A DNA stretch of 63,905 bases, the filler included, from Phoronis australis (taxonomy: Eukaryota; Animalia; Phoronida), in the NCBI GenBank assembly GCA_002633005.1. It is 7 parts of 7 records of this genome, joined end to end, with 100 filler letters (N's around TTAATTAATTAA, not from the genome) between each part and the next. Parts side by side here need not be neighbours in the genome. Positions count along the whole stretch, not along the records: positions 1 to 13,741 come from NMRA01000072.1; positions 13,842 to 16,993 come from NMRA01003186.1; positions 17,094 to 36,494 come from NMRA01001443.1; 4 more parts are not named here. One strand, given 5' to 3'. Positions 13,241 through 23,921 of the stretch are shown here, piece by piece. Made by a program: the position numbers and the translations under genes. The notes beneath the pieces are model-generated. The model made no database searches and had not been told where the DNA came from. It worked only from the letters and a program-made list of their open reading frames with translations. Within the stretch, counting starts at the first letter, position 1. Each line of letters begins with the position of its first letter.

Positions 13241-13540
13241 GTAAGTGAGCTCGCTGGCGCCACCTGTTGATCAGGCACGCACACACACATACCCACATTA
13301 CCTCGGGACTGCTATGACTTGTCATTGGCTAACCACTCGTAATAGAGTGAAGTTTGAGGTTGGGAAATTCCTTTGCGTATTAGTGCTTGTTTAACAGTGC
13401 GTGTCAAAAGTAATTGAACAAAACACCGTTTCTCCCGCAGAATGGTGAATGTTGGCCAATTCCCCTTTTGTCCACTGACGTCACAAGCATACTGGCGCCC
13501 CCAGTGGAGTCTCTGAGAACTCGTAAACAAGCATGCTGGC

Positions 13541-13741
13541 TGTTGTGTACTTAGTCACACAATAACAGGATGTTTGTAGGTTGTTATTGTTTATGAGTTC
13601 AGTAGTTTAATTGGTATTATGTCATGCGATTCCTAGTACAGGAAGTGTGTCATAGGTAACCCATCATATGTTGTTATGTAGTTGTGTGTATATATATTGT
13701 GATGATATGTAGAATAAATCAGTTCAGTGTTCAGTTCAATT
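13541..13741 (+). mobile_element. Possible LTR fragment
   Basis: Starts TGTTGTG, TG/AT-rich, TATA-like run and AATAAA followed by CAGTT repeats; cut by the linker. Confidence 0.3.
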
Positions 13742-13841
13742 NNNNNNNNNNNNNNNNNNNNNNNNNNNNNNNNNNNNNNNNNNNNTTAATTAATTAANNN
13801 NNNNNNNNNNNNNNNNNNNNNNNNNNNNNNNNNNNNNNNNN
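13742..13841. other. Artificial contig linker N44-TTAATTAATTAA-N44
   Basis: Identical 100-nt structure also at 16994-17093, 36495-36594, 55518-55617, 58496-58595 and 61742-61841; the 12-mer has stops in all six frames. Confidence 0.97.
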
Positions 13842-14025
13842 GCTTTTTTGAATCAAAGAAACTTTGTCATGCACACTTGGTTGATAAAAATAAATCAAGT
13901 GATGTTAAATATTGGCATGTAGGTGATGTATGTAGTGCCCGAAGTAACTAATTGAATGATGTGGTTATGCATAACTTCAGTATAGATTTTTTGTATAACA
14001 ATGAGCTACTATTTATTGATTTCAG

Positions 14026-14178
14026 GAGTTCTACATTCCTATTGAGACGGCTGGTCTGCTTACTTCTGAACAAATGAAGACTGTCTTCCTCAACTTAGAT
14101 GAGCTGATCACCATTAACAGTCAGTTTGTAGATACACTGCAGGACGCTCTGGACATCGCCATGGATTCAGGGGATGAG
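14026..14178 (+). CDS. RhoGEF DH-domain exon (PsGEF-like)
   Basis: ttcag|EFYIPIETAGLLTSEQMKTVFLNLDELITINSQFVDTLQDALDIAMDSGDE|gttagc; DH-domain F.N..EL pattern; phase 0-0. Confidence 0.85.
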
Positions 14179-14695
14179 GTTAGCTGTTGCTAATGGTTAC
14201 TAATGTTGGGCGGTCACATGTAATGAATGTTTTTATAGTCTACATCTCTGTTTTCAAGATGTATAGTTTAAATTTTGAAATTCTTGTTGTAATAATCAAA
14301 ACACATTTTCGATGAAAATTTAAGCCAAGAGACAAATAAAAGTGACTGAAGATTAAAAATTGTACCCTTTAGGCTGCAGGGGCGGATCCAGGATTTTGAG
14401 TTTGAGTAAAGGTGGGCCACGGCAGGGTATTAGACAGGATTTGGCTGTTCAGACACTCACATCCCAAACTGCCAAATACAATTTGGGAGAAATTTAGGGA
14501 GTCATNTTTTCCTGGATAGATTTTTGAACTACCCATATTTTTCTTTAATTTTTCTGTTACACTTGAAATTTTGTTCAAAAGGTTGAATGCTTAAAAATAT
14601 GTTCATGGTCACAATATTGTGAGTAGGTGTAATGCATTTTTCGAGCCTGTTCCAAGTGACCAAATTGCATGTTCATAGTCCTCTATTCATTACAG

Positions 14696-14925
14696 GATTT
14701 GACCACGGTCAGTGTGGGCAGTCTGTTCCTGGACTACTCCACCATGCTGCTGGCATTTGAGAACTATTGTGTCCACCAATCAGGGGTGGGCGCCGTGTTG
14801 GACCAACTACAGAAGGAGAAAGAACTCTTAAGGATCTTCCTGTACGTGTCGCAGACAGAGAACTCTCTGTTGAGGAGGATGAATCTCAAGTCATTTCTTA
14901 TGGTGCCCATACAGCGGGTGATGAA
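14696..14925 (+). CDS. RhoGEF DH-domain exon, copy 1 (PsGEF-like)
   Basis: tacag|DLTTVSVGSLFL...AFENYC...EKELLRIFL.VSQTENSLLRRMNLKSFLMVPIQRVMK|gtaagt; canonical DH L.SFL..PIQR..K motif; splices in frame to the 14026 exon. Confidence 0.88.
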
Positions 14926-15262
14926 GTAAGTGCTCACCATGTTGAGAATTTCTCGCTTACACTGGTCACCACTCAGATTCCCTCAGTCCAGACAACTTTT
15001 ATGATGCCTATTCAGCTTGCCCTTTGTATTGACCTAGATCTGAGCTAATGTTGTGGAAAGGTAGCACTACTTTCTTAGCAGTGGTGGTTTTCTCTGGCAT
15101 TTGCACAGAGTTACAACCTACAATGTAGAAAGTAGTTTTTACTTGGTACATTTTAAGTAATACAAAGTGGCTAAAAACTTTATTTGTGTTTTTCTTGACA
15201 AAGGGCCACTTCCCAAAAGAAGGTTGGTTTTATTATTTTTCATATCAGTTTTCGTTATTACA

Positions 15263-15676
15263 TTTTTATGCGCCCACATATTTATATGTGGACGCATTAT
15301 GCCGTCATCTCTGTCCGTCCGTCCGTCCGTCCGTCCGTCCGGGCGGCGTCCGTCCGGGCGGCGTCCGTCCGGCGTCCGCTGCTCTATCTCCAAAACCCTT
15401 TGACATAGGTTCATGAAATTTGACACATATGTTCCATTCATGAATGGGACGGCATGTGCGAACTTTCGGACGGATCCGACTACCGGTGTGCCCCCTAGTG
15501 GGAATTTTAGTTTTTTACGCTTACCTTTGTATCTTCAAAAGTCCTGAACGGATTTTCATGAAATTTGGTATGTAGGCACCTAATAGTGAGATGACGCTAT
15601 CCTGCCGTTTTCGGATGGATTCGACATAGTTTGCGCCACCTAGTGGCCATTTTTACTGTTTTCGAGTCTGTTTTTG
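15263..15676 (+). mobile_element. Helentron-type HINE, 5' part (truncated at n15677)
   Basis: T5 then ATGCGCCCACATATTTATATGTGGACGCAT hairpin, (GTCC)n microsatellite and first monomers; near-identical to the 44968 copy. Confidence 0.85.
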
Positions 15677-15856
15677 NATGCTGACTCACAATAGAAGCCT
15701 GATAAGAGTGAAGGTGGATAAATGTGGTGTTCCTACAGTTTCTTGTTTTAGTGGATGTGTTCACGACATGATAATCAAAACACATTTTCGATGAAAATTT
15801 AAGCCAAGAGACAAATAAAAGTGACTGAAGATTAAAAATTGTACCATTTAGGCTAC

Positions 15857-16018
15857 AGGGGCAGATCCATAATTTTGAGTTAGGGTGGTCCAGGGCAGGG
15901 TATTAGACAGGATTTTGCCATTCAGACACTCACATAACAAACTGCCAAATAGAATTTGGGAGAATTTTAGGGGGGGGCATGGCTCCTTCCTCCTCCCCCC
16001 CCCTAAATCTGCCACTGG
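15857..16018. mobile_element. hAT-like MITE (CAGGGGCAGATC...ATCTGCCACTG termini)
   Basis: Terminal inverted repeats; family members at ~14376, 33291-33532 and ~49854-50012. Confidence 0.6.
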
Positions 16019-16231
16019 ACTGTGGCTGCTAGAAGTGCAATTTGATTTTTCCTGGATAGATTTTTGAACTACCCATATTTTTCTTTTTCTGTTACACTTG
16101 AAGGTATGTTCAAAAGGTTGAACGCTTAAAAAATATGTTCATGGTTACAATATTGTGAGTAGGTGTAATGCATTTTTCGAGCCTTATCCAAGTTACCAAA
16201 TTGCATGTTCATAGTCCTCTATTCGTTACAG

Positions 16232-16461
16232 GATTTGACCACGGTCAGTGTGGGCAGTCTGTTCCTGGACTACTCCACCATGCTGCTGGCATTTGAGAAC
16301 TATTGTGTCCACCAATCAGGGGTGGGCGCCGTGTTGGACCAACTACAGAAGGAGAAAGAACTCTTAAGGATCTTCCTGTACGTGTCGCAGACGGAGAACT
16401 CTCTGTTGAGGAGGATGAATCTCAAGTCATTTCTTATGGTGCCCATACAGCGGGTGATGAA
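16232..16461 (+). CDS. RhoGEF DH-domain exon, copy 2 (duplicate or second haplotype)
   Basis: Same 230-nt exon and protein as 14696-14925 with one synonymous change seen (ACA/ACG); flanking introns also duplicated (~14290-15267 vs ~15770-16804). Confidence 0.8.
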
Positions 16462-17492
16462 GTAAGTGCTCACCATGTGGAGAATTTCTCGCTTACACTG
16501 GTCACCACTCAGATTCCCTCAGTCCAGACAATTTTTATGATGCCTATTCAGCTTGCCCTTTGTATTGACCTATATCTGAGCTAATGTTGTGGAAAGGTAG
16601 CACTACTTTCTTAGCAGTGGTGGTTTTCTCTGGCATTTGCACAGAGTTGCAACCTACAATGTGGAAAGTAGTTTTTACTTGGTACATTTTAAGTATTACA
16701 AAGTGGCTAAAAAACTTAATTTGTGTTTATCGTGACAAAGGGCCACTTTCCAAAAGAACGTTGTTTTTATTATTTTTCATATCAGTTTTCGTCATTACAT
16801 TTTTAATACTTCTGTCTTCTTGTTTTTTTCTTACCGGTACCGCATTTTTGCCAATATCAGTTTTCTGGTTAGCGTACTACTCCTCGAATAAGACAATTCG
16901 ACATGCACTGGGCGATGAGCAATGTTTTAAAAGCTATGGACATCTAATTTGGTCATTGTGTGTTGTTTCTATTTGTTTTAGCATAACTTAGTTNNNNNNN
17001 NNNNNNNNNNNNNNNNNNNNNNNNNNNNNNNNNNNNNTTAATTAATTAANNNNNNNNNNNNNNNNNNNNNNNNNNNNNNNNNNNNNNNNNNNNGGGAGGG
17101 AGAGAAGGGGGAGAAAAGGAGGGTAGTAAAAAGACTATTCCAAGAGATGTCAAATGGCAGACTTGAAATATGTAGTGCACACATGCAACTTTTTTCTGAA
17201 ACTTAACTTTCCTACGTTTTTAGTAATAAATGTGGTTCTGCCTGTTCCACTGCTCATCCAAATGTGATAGTCTTGACATCTAAAGCTATGTTAGGTCACC
17301 ATTGGAGAAAATAAAGCAATAAACCTCCCCTAAAACAAAATAATCTGTTATCTAACAGTGTGCAAACGTCTGCCTCAAGAATACTGCACTTTCCCTACAA
17401 TAACGTTCTGCTTAACTGATGGGCAAACAATTAATTTCGTTCGGAAAGGTGTAGATCTAATTAATTTGAGATGATGGTGGTTTTTTTTCACT

Positions 17493-18560
17493 GTGATATA
17501 TATTTATTGAAGGATACACAGAACATACAAAGAAATAATAACAAACCCAGAAACCGCGAAGCATTATATCTGGGTTGTAAACAATTCATAAATGAAACTT
17601 ATATACACAGAGGTATATACAATTAAGTAGTATCTAAAATAAGTAATTCAATACTTAGACATGCTATTACAGATATATAAAAACACAAATATTTACAGAT
17701 TCAAGTAGGGAAATCAGATGCAACAATATTGATAAACGGTACATAAAAATTTGCTAACGTTGCTTAGGAGGAATTTGTTGAGAACAAAGTCAAGGTTAGG
17801 ACTACCATTCAGTAATAATGTAACTCTAGTAGGGATATTATTACAAGAATTGAGAGCGTTAACAATTGATTGGTTATCATTGAGTGCACGAAAGAGTGAG
17901 TCTCTCAGGGATTCGATGAGGGGACATTTGAAGAAAATATGAGGATAAGATTGATGGTCACCACATTTACAGTTTGGAGAGACATTACTAAAGTTGTGCC
18001 TGAACTTGTCAGAGTTGAGGAAAAGGCCACATCTTGATCTGTACAATGCTATTTCGTTATCGCGGGTAAGGGAGAATTGAGTCAAGGGTGTTGAGTTATC
18101 AAAATTATGAAAAACAGTTCTAAAATTATTTTTTATACTCGTAAAAGAGTTGCTTTCCTTAACAGAGACTGGAAGAGAATTCCAGTTGTTGATGCACATC
18201 ATGACTGTAGACCTTCTGAATGCCTGACTGAACGACGGAGGAATTGCATATGGGGTGGAGAATCTCAAATCACTACGATGGCCNCGCGGGTAAGGGAGAA
18301 TTGAGTCAAGGGTGTTGAGTTATCAAAATTATGAAAAACAGTTCTAAAATTATTTTTTATACTCGTAAAAGAGTTGCTTTCCTTAACAGAGACTGGAAGA
18401 GAATTCCAGTTGTTGATGCACATCATGACTGTAGACCTTCTGAATGCCTGACTGAACGACGGAGGAATTGCATATGGGGTGGAGGATCTCAAATCACTAC
18501 GATGGCCTTGTCTAATATATAGATCAAATATTTTTTGACAGATGATGGTGGTTGGTGAAA
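17493..18560 (-). mobile_element. CR1-like LINE 3' end
   Basis: INNWNSLP...F followed by RCG..LNSD.FRHNF...SPNCKCG....HIFFKCP C-terminal motif; AATAAA-(TA) tail near 17500; 18061-18283 is repeated at 18285-18507 across a single n. Confidence 0.75.
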
Positions 18561-20510
18561 TTGTTTTCGAAAAGCCCATTCAAACATTGCGTTCATTGAA
18601 CTTCTGGAAATAATCGTTTGCTGACTGACTTTTCGGTGCCTTCATAACACAAAATTAGATATCAAAGAAGCTAGTTCGGGCTGGAAAAGCGTTGCATTGT
18701 TTGCTAAACAAGACACCAAGAAATGAGCGCTCATGTTTTCCTACAAGACGTAAATTCATAAAGAGCGATCTACATACACTTCTTCGGAAATTCTGCATAG
18801 TCACTGTGCTGTGTTACCGCGAATAGGCGTTTCATTATTAAAAAAATGTACGAGCTGACATATAACCCCAGTGGAACTTCCTCATTCAAAACAACTCCCA
18901 ATTTGGTGACCTAGACCAAGTGTAGTACTCGAACTTCAGAACCCGTTTTCTGTTACAGGCGGCGAGCCTTCCGTCGTAAGCGTGGATTGAAACTTTCGAG
19001 GTCGAAACAAGCCCGCAGTATTTAAAGGGGCATTTCGCAGTTGTTAATCTGTTTACGCTGCTTAACTTACAACCGAAGCGCTTCTGGAATTAAGAAATTG
19101 CCGCATCTAATCTTAAACTGTTGCAGAATGGACCGGTTACTCAAGTCACAGGCAATGAGTACCCTCTCTATTTGAAATTCACAATTTTAGCCTCTATAAA
19201 CTCTGAAGCGTCTTGAGTCGGCAGATGAGGGAGGCGACGTGGCAGATATTCATTTCAGTGGAATTCAGGAAGGCACAAGCACAAGACTTGTCTTCAAGGG
19301 AACTTTTATTTACTTTCATCTGCGGTCTTGGTTGTAATATGCTTTACCAGGAAAAGATGCATCTAAATGTTTCTGAAGCTGATCATAGCATTAAAACAAG
19401 CATGTCTGGGTTTAGATGCAAATTATAGCCTTGAACAAATAATTTTTCTTAAACTATCTACATTTTCACTATTTTTGCCCGAATCTGGGAGCAACTGTCG
19501 AAATGCTGATTCTTACGTAAGATTCGTAAATCGGTATTTTTCCTATTATTTATGAATGCTTATTGGCACCGTTTGAAACAACGACAACATAGTTGTTAAA
19601 CAATTGTGGGACACGTCTGGTTAAAGAAAAACTTTATTAGCGGTGCTGTTTATTTTGTGCCTTTATCACGTTGGTGTAAGTACTGCACGCATCTAAGCTT
19701 GATCACGTGATAACTTATGCGAATGAAGTACAATGACTGTCTCCCGAGATGAAAAGGAATATCTTATCCCTGTAGGTGTCGCTGGCGCATTGGGTAGTTC
19801 CGGTCATGAAACGACCCAAACACCAGGGTGTGGGCTTCAAGTCAGTCTCGCTATTAAAAATCAGACGATGCGTACCTTCTGTATTAAGTTGTGAGTGCCC
19901 TTGCTGTATTAAATAAATTATATGTACAGTAATACATGTGCGTCGGACTTCTATATTGTTGTTATTATTTCTTAGTCAAATTTTGTCTTGAAGTGGGTTA
20001 CTTACGAACGTGTTTGGCATTCGCAGGCGCATAATAAAATTTTACGGCAATTTCGGGCCTTATATAATCAATCATACTTCTGGAAATAGATAATAATGTC
20101 ACATTTGAAATATAAAAGGCACGTTATGCGAAATTCGAGACGTATTTCACTGGAACTTCGCTGGCGAAACGCATGCCGCACGTCTTCAACTGAACAGCGC
20201 CGTGGAATCTGCCTCTCGTTCAGTAAAACGCTAAGGACCTCGTTAAAAAGCAAGACTTCGCGAGATTACGTGACATATTGGCGTGTATTTTGAATGAGAA
20301 TTCGTGACTTTGGCTAGATTTTAGCTAGGTCTTACCATACTGGCTCGCCCGATTTCTTCTTTTTCGTCGGAGGCATAGGTCAACGCGATGTTCGGCGTGT
20401 GCATCAGTTCTTTGACTTAATCTATTTGGTTGATACACACTGATTTATTTCTGTTTATTTTTAAATTGCGTTACGGCCTGCTCATCATTGATTAACATTA
20501 TTGTTCAAGC

Positions 20511-20750
20511 ATGGGTGGTAAGAGATACTGTTGTTTACCGTTGTGTCTCACAACACGTCGGCTACTCATGCGGACAGTGATAAATAGTGACTCTACACAG
20601 AATACCTGCCAAAACAGAACTCCAAAAGATGTGGATTGAGCGACTAAAATATGTAAGGCAAAATTTAATTTTGATTCTGGGACCAGAGCATGCTCTGAAC
20701 ACTTTGCTCCAGGAAGCAACATACCTACCATTTCTCCTAGCAAACGACAA
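20511..20750 (+). pseudogene. Frameshifted THAP zinc-finger relic
   Basis: MGGKRYCCLPLC / TLHRIPAKTELQKMWIERLKYVR / ACSEHFAPGSNIPT in shifted frames gives the C2CH THAP signature. Confidence 0.65.
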
Positions 20751-21551
20751 CCGCAAGTTGCTGCTTCCAGACCTTCAAATAGTTTATCATGGAAAGACAA
20801 ACTCCGTGGACCTTTCTGTTGTGGAAGAGCTCTTGATTAGACAGGACGTTTGTGAAGATGTCGATTCTGGAGAATAGGTTCGTCATTGGTCTCTTGAGGC
20901 ATTGTAGCACATAAAAATGGTCACTTACGTAGAGACGCAAAAAAATAAAACAGCAAGAGCGTAGGGAAATGTTGAGTTTAATAATTTACCCCGGTAATTA
21001 AAATTATTCGGCTGAAACAAAATTTAAATGTGTGAAGTTTTAATGTTTAGCGGGGGGCTCAGATGCAATTGAAAGTTTCAAATTCGGAACACGGCGCAAT
21101 CGTAACGGAACTATGGCTAAGAAAAGGCTGTCCCGTGATATCTCAGGCGACCGGCAGTGGCGCTGGGCACTACGACTCCGTTTCCGTCGTCTGCTCCACT
21201 GTGCAATGAAGAAAATTACTACATTTTTTAAAGAAACTGGAATCTGAGTGATGGTGAAAAAACAGAAGCTACTGGTAAGATGTAATCGAAGCTTTAGTGA
21301 ATCTCTCAGAAAATCATAATTCTCTCTTTGTCAAACCTTAACTTAAGACGATTTTCAAAGCAATCGCGTCATTATTGCCAACACGAAAAACGAATTTGGT
21401 ATTTGGGCAATTGAAGACTATTTTAAATACAACAAATTTGTTACGAACTGATTGCACAAAATATAAAACATGTAATAAGCTTTAGGCCTCGAGCGCAAAC
21501 GCTGTAGACCATAAATAAGTAAGTCTCTTAGTATCACAATAGGATTTAAAT

Positions 21552-21620
21552 CGTGGTGGTGTAGTGGTAAAGCACGCGCGCTTTATCAGCTAGGTCGTAA
21601 GTTCGAGTCCTTGATACTTG
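21552..21620 (+). mobile_element. tRNA-derived SINE-like head or tRNA pseudogene
   Basis: A box TGGTGTAGTGG and B box GTTCGAGTCC at tRNA-like spacing; no clean acceptor or anticodon stems. Confidence 0.5.
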
Positions 21621-23252
21621 AAGTTTTTCCTGGTTGACACGTTGCTATAACGTGCATTCACTATTTTGAATGAAATGTACACAGGCTGAAAATTCGTGAA
21701 GCCTTATAATTAAAATTGTATCTCCAATAATTTATTCCCAAGACAGGGGTCTCCAAAGAATTTCACTTTTGTACAAGGAACGCTCGTTCCCCCATTGGAG
21801 TTTCTTGTGTAACTTGGTTATATTGACCTTTGACCTTTTTCATTGTAAATGTGGACATTTTACTATGTTAAGTTGTTTCTGTGCTACCCTGATATCCTGG
21901 AAAAAATGTTTAGTGTCGACAGTTGACAGAAATCTCAGTCCCACGAGAAATTACAGATCCTGACTCTGAAGTCGAAACTTGTGAAAGAGAGAATCTGGTA
22001 CCGACCTAAATACAGCAAAGCATAAAATAAATTTAAAAGCGTCTGGCGACTTTATACTGTATTAGATTTGAAATACAATACAAATTATATGACCTAAATA
22101 TTAAAACATACTACAAAGAGGCATATAAAATGTGTGACCTCTATCGCAGTACTACTTTGGTAAGAAAGGTATATAGTATAAGAGTCTAGTTTCTTGTAGA
22201 AAACAACACGTTAATTACAACGAGCACGATTTACAAACTTGAACTGATGCGTGTGCATGTATTTGTCATCATAGATTACACTATAGTCTATGGTGTCATT
22301 AAGAGTGCCAATCTAGTACTAGCGTTAAGTCAGTTCGTGTGCAGATTCTCCAGGGTCATCATCGTTTTATCTTCCTGTCATTAACGACGAATCAACTACT
22401 TGTTGAATCTATTTCTGGTTTGATACAACCGGAACCTCAATCGCCAGCTAATAAAAGAACGGGTGACGAGAACACGGAAGTTTAAAGTGTAAATGGTTCT
22501 TTAAGTAAACATGCATTGTGCACGCCTGACGACCCATCTACTAATCACCTGTAAGTATGATTTCTTATCTCAAATGTCGACGATGCTGGTCATAGCTTTG
22601 AAACAAAAACAAAACAATAGTTTCGCAACTGTTTTGCAAGTGTTTACAGGCAATTATAATCCCTACGAGACCTGCAAGTTATCACTGAGATTTGCCAGTC
22701 GAGTTGTTAAACGGTAACTACTAGATGAGGTCAAACACAAATTAGCCTCCGTTATGACGAAACTGTATCATTTTATCCAAATACTACTAACCTCTGATCT
22801 ACGTCGTTTAGCCCTTCTAATCTTTTTCTTAACCGAAGTAACAGAGGTTTGAACGTATTCAAAACGTTATGCAGGACCTAGAAAAATTTCAAATTTGGCA
22901 AACTTCAGAATATCATATATCGAAAAGCGCGGATCGGATTCATACAAAATGTTCGGGTACTACTCTTTACACACTGTTCTCAAAAACTATGTAATATAAT
23001 TTCATGAAAAACCTTTAACTAGCATAAAACGAAAACTCAATGATATTTTACAAATCTGTAACAGCATTTTTAAGAACATATAAAATGATATCATCTCATT
23101 GATCCCGTGGTTTTATCGTCAATGTATCTTTATCATTTGAAAAAAAAACTAAACAGACATGTTCTCGTGATCCAATTAATACAAATTTAAAATCTAACAG
23201 GGGTTCAAAAAAACCGGACGATCGCCGCACAAATAAAAAATTTCATGTTCAA

Positions 23253-23290
23253 GAAACGTTTCGTCTATTCATTAGACATCATCAGGATTA
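23253..23290 (-). ncRNA. Minimal hammerhead ribozyme-like motif
   Basis: Minus strand: CTGATGA T GTCTA ATGAA TAGAC GAAAC GTT, i.e. both conserved cores, a 5-bp stem II and a palindromic ACGT stem III, downstream of the Penelope ORF; stem I pairing not evident. Confidence 0.55.
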
Positions 23291-23688
23291 TATTTAAAAA
23301 GGACAGATAGTGCCAACATACAGCTCGGGTAACATCCATGAAGTGAAGTGAGAGATACAGGAAATATAGTCGGTAGCTGGTCGTCACCATAGTTTCAGGG
23401 TCACTGAGCTCTACCTGCTTTTCAGAGAATCAGTGGCATGGTGGTTCTGAACGGCCAATGACTCTTTAATGTACAGTAATTCCTTATTAGTTTCTCTGCA
23501 GATAACACTAACTGAATTGGCTTGGTGACTGTTGTCAACACAATGCCTATACATGTTGCTTTTCTCTGACGTGTGATGTTCTCTCAGCCTGTCACAGAGG
23601 CGTTTCTGTGTGCGTCTGATATAGAATTCCTTACAGTTGTCACATTCCACCTTATAAACAACATTTCTCTTGTTCAATAAAGGGATGT

Positions 23689-23921
23689 ACGAATTCTCAC
23701 AATCAAACAACATGGAAAACGCTAAAATCAGCTTTAACAAGCTAATCTATAATGGCAGGGTATATGTATACGAAGAAGAGAACGATATGGTAAAAATCAA
23801 ACCCCGCACGACTAATGCTGATCCACGCCATCCATCAACCCGAACGGAAGCCGCTGTTCAACATGATGATCAGGTTTTCCATATGGCCAGCTCGTCTCAA
23901 GCTCAGTCGGACCAGCACTAG
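23689..23921 (+). CDS. LINE ORF1 C-terminal remnant
   Basis: AKISFNKLIYNGRVY resembles the A....KL.I.G..Y C-terminal motif of LINE ORF1 proteins; ends in TAG at 23919-23921. Confidence 0.55.

Noticed and set aside
18061-18507. 224-bp tandem duplication in the CR1 relic
   Set aside because: Near-identical copies joined at a single n (18284); most likely an unmerged contig overlap.
21552-21620. Functional tRNA gene
   Set aside because: A and B boxes are present but acceptor and anticodon stems do not pair.
21955-21985. GACT-CTGA-AGTC-GAAAC as a third hammerhead
   Set aside because: Lacks the upstream CTGANGA core and has no adjacent Penelope ORF.
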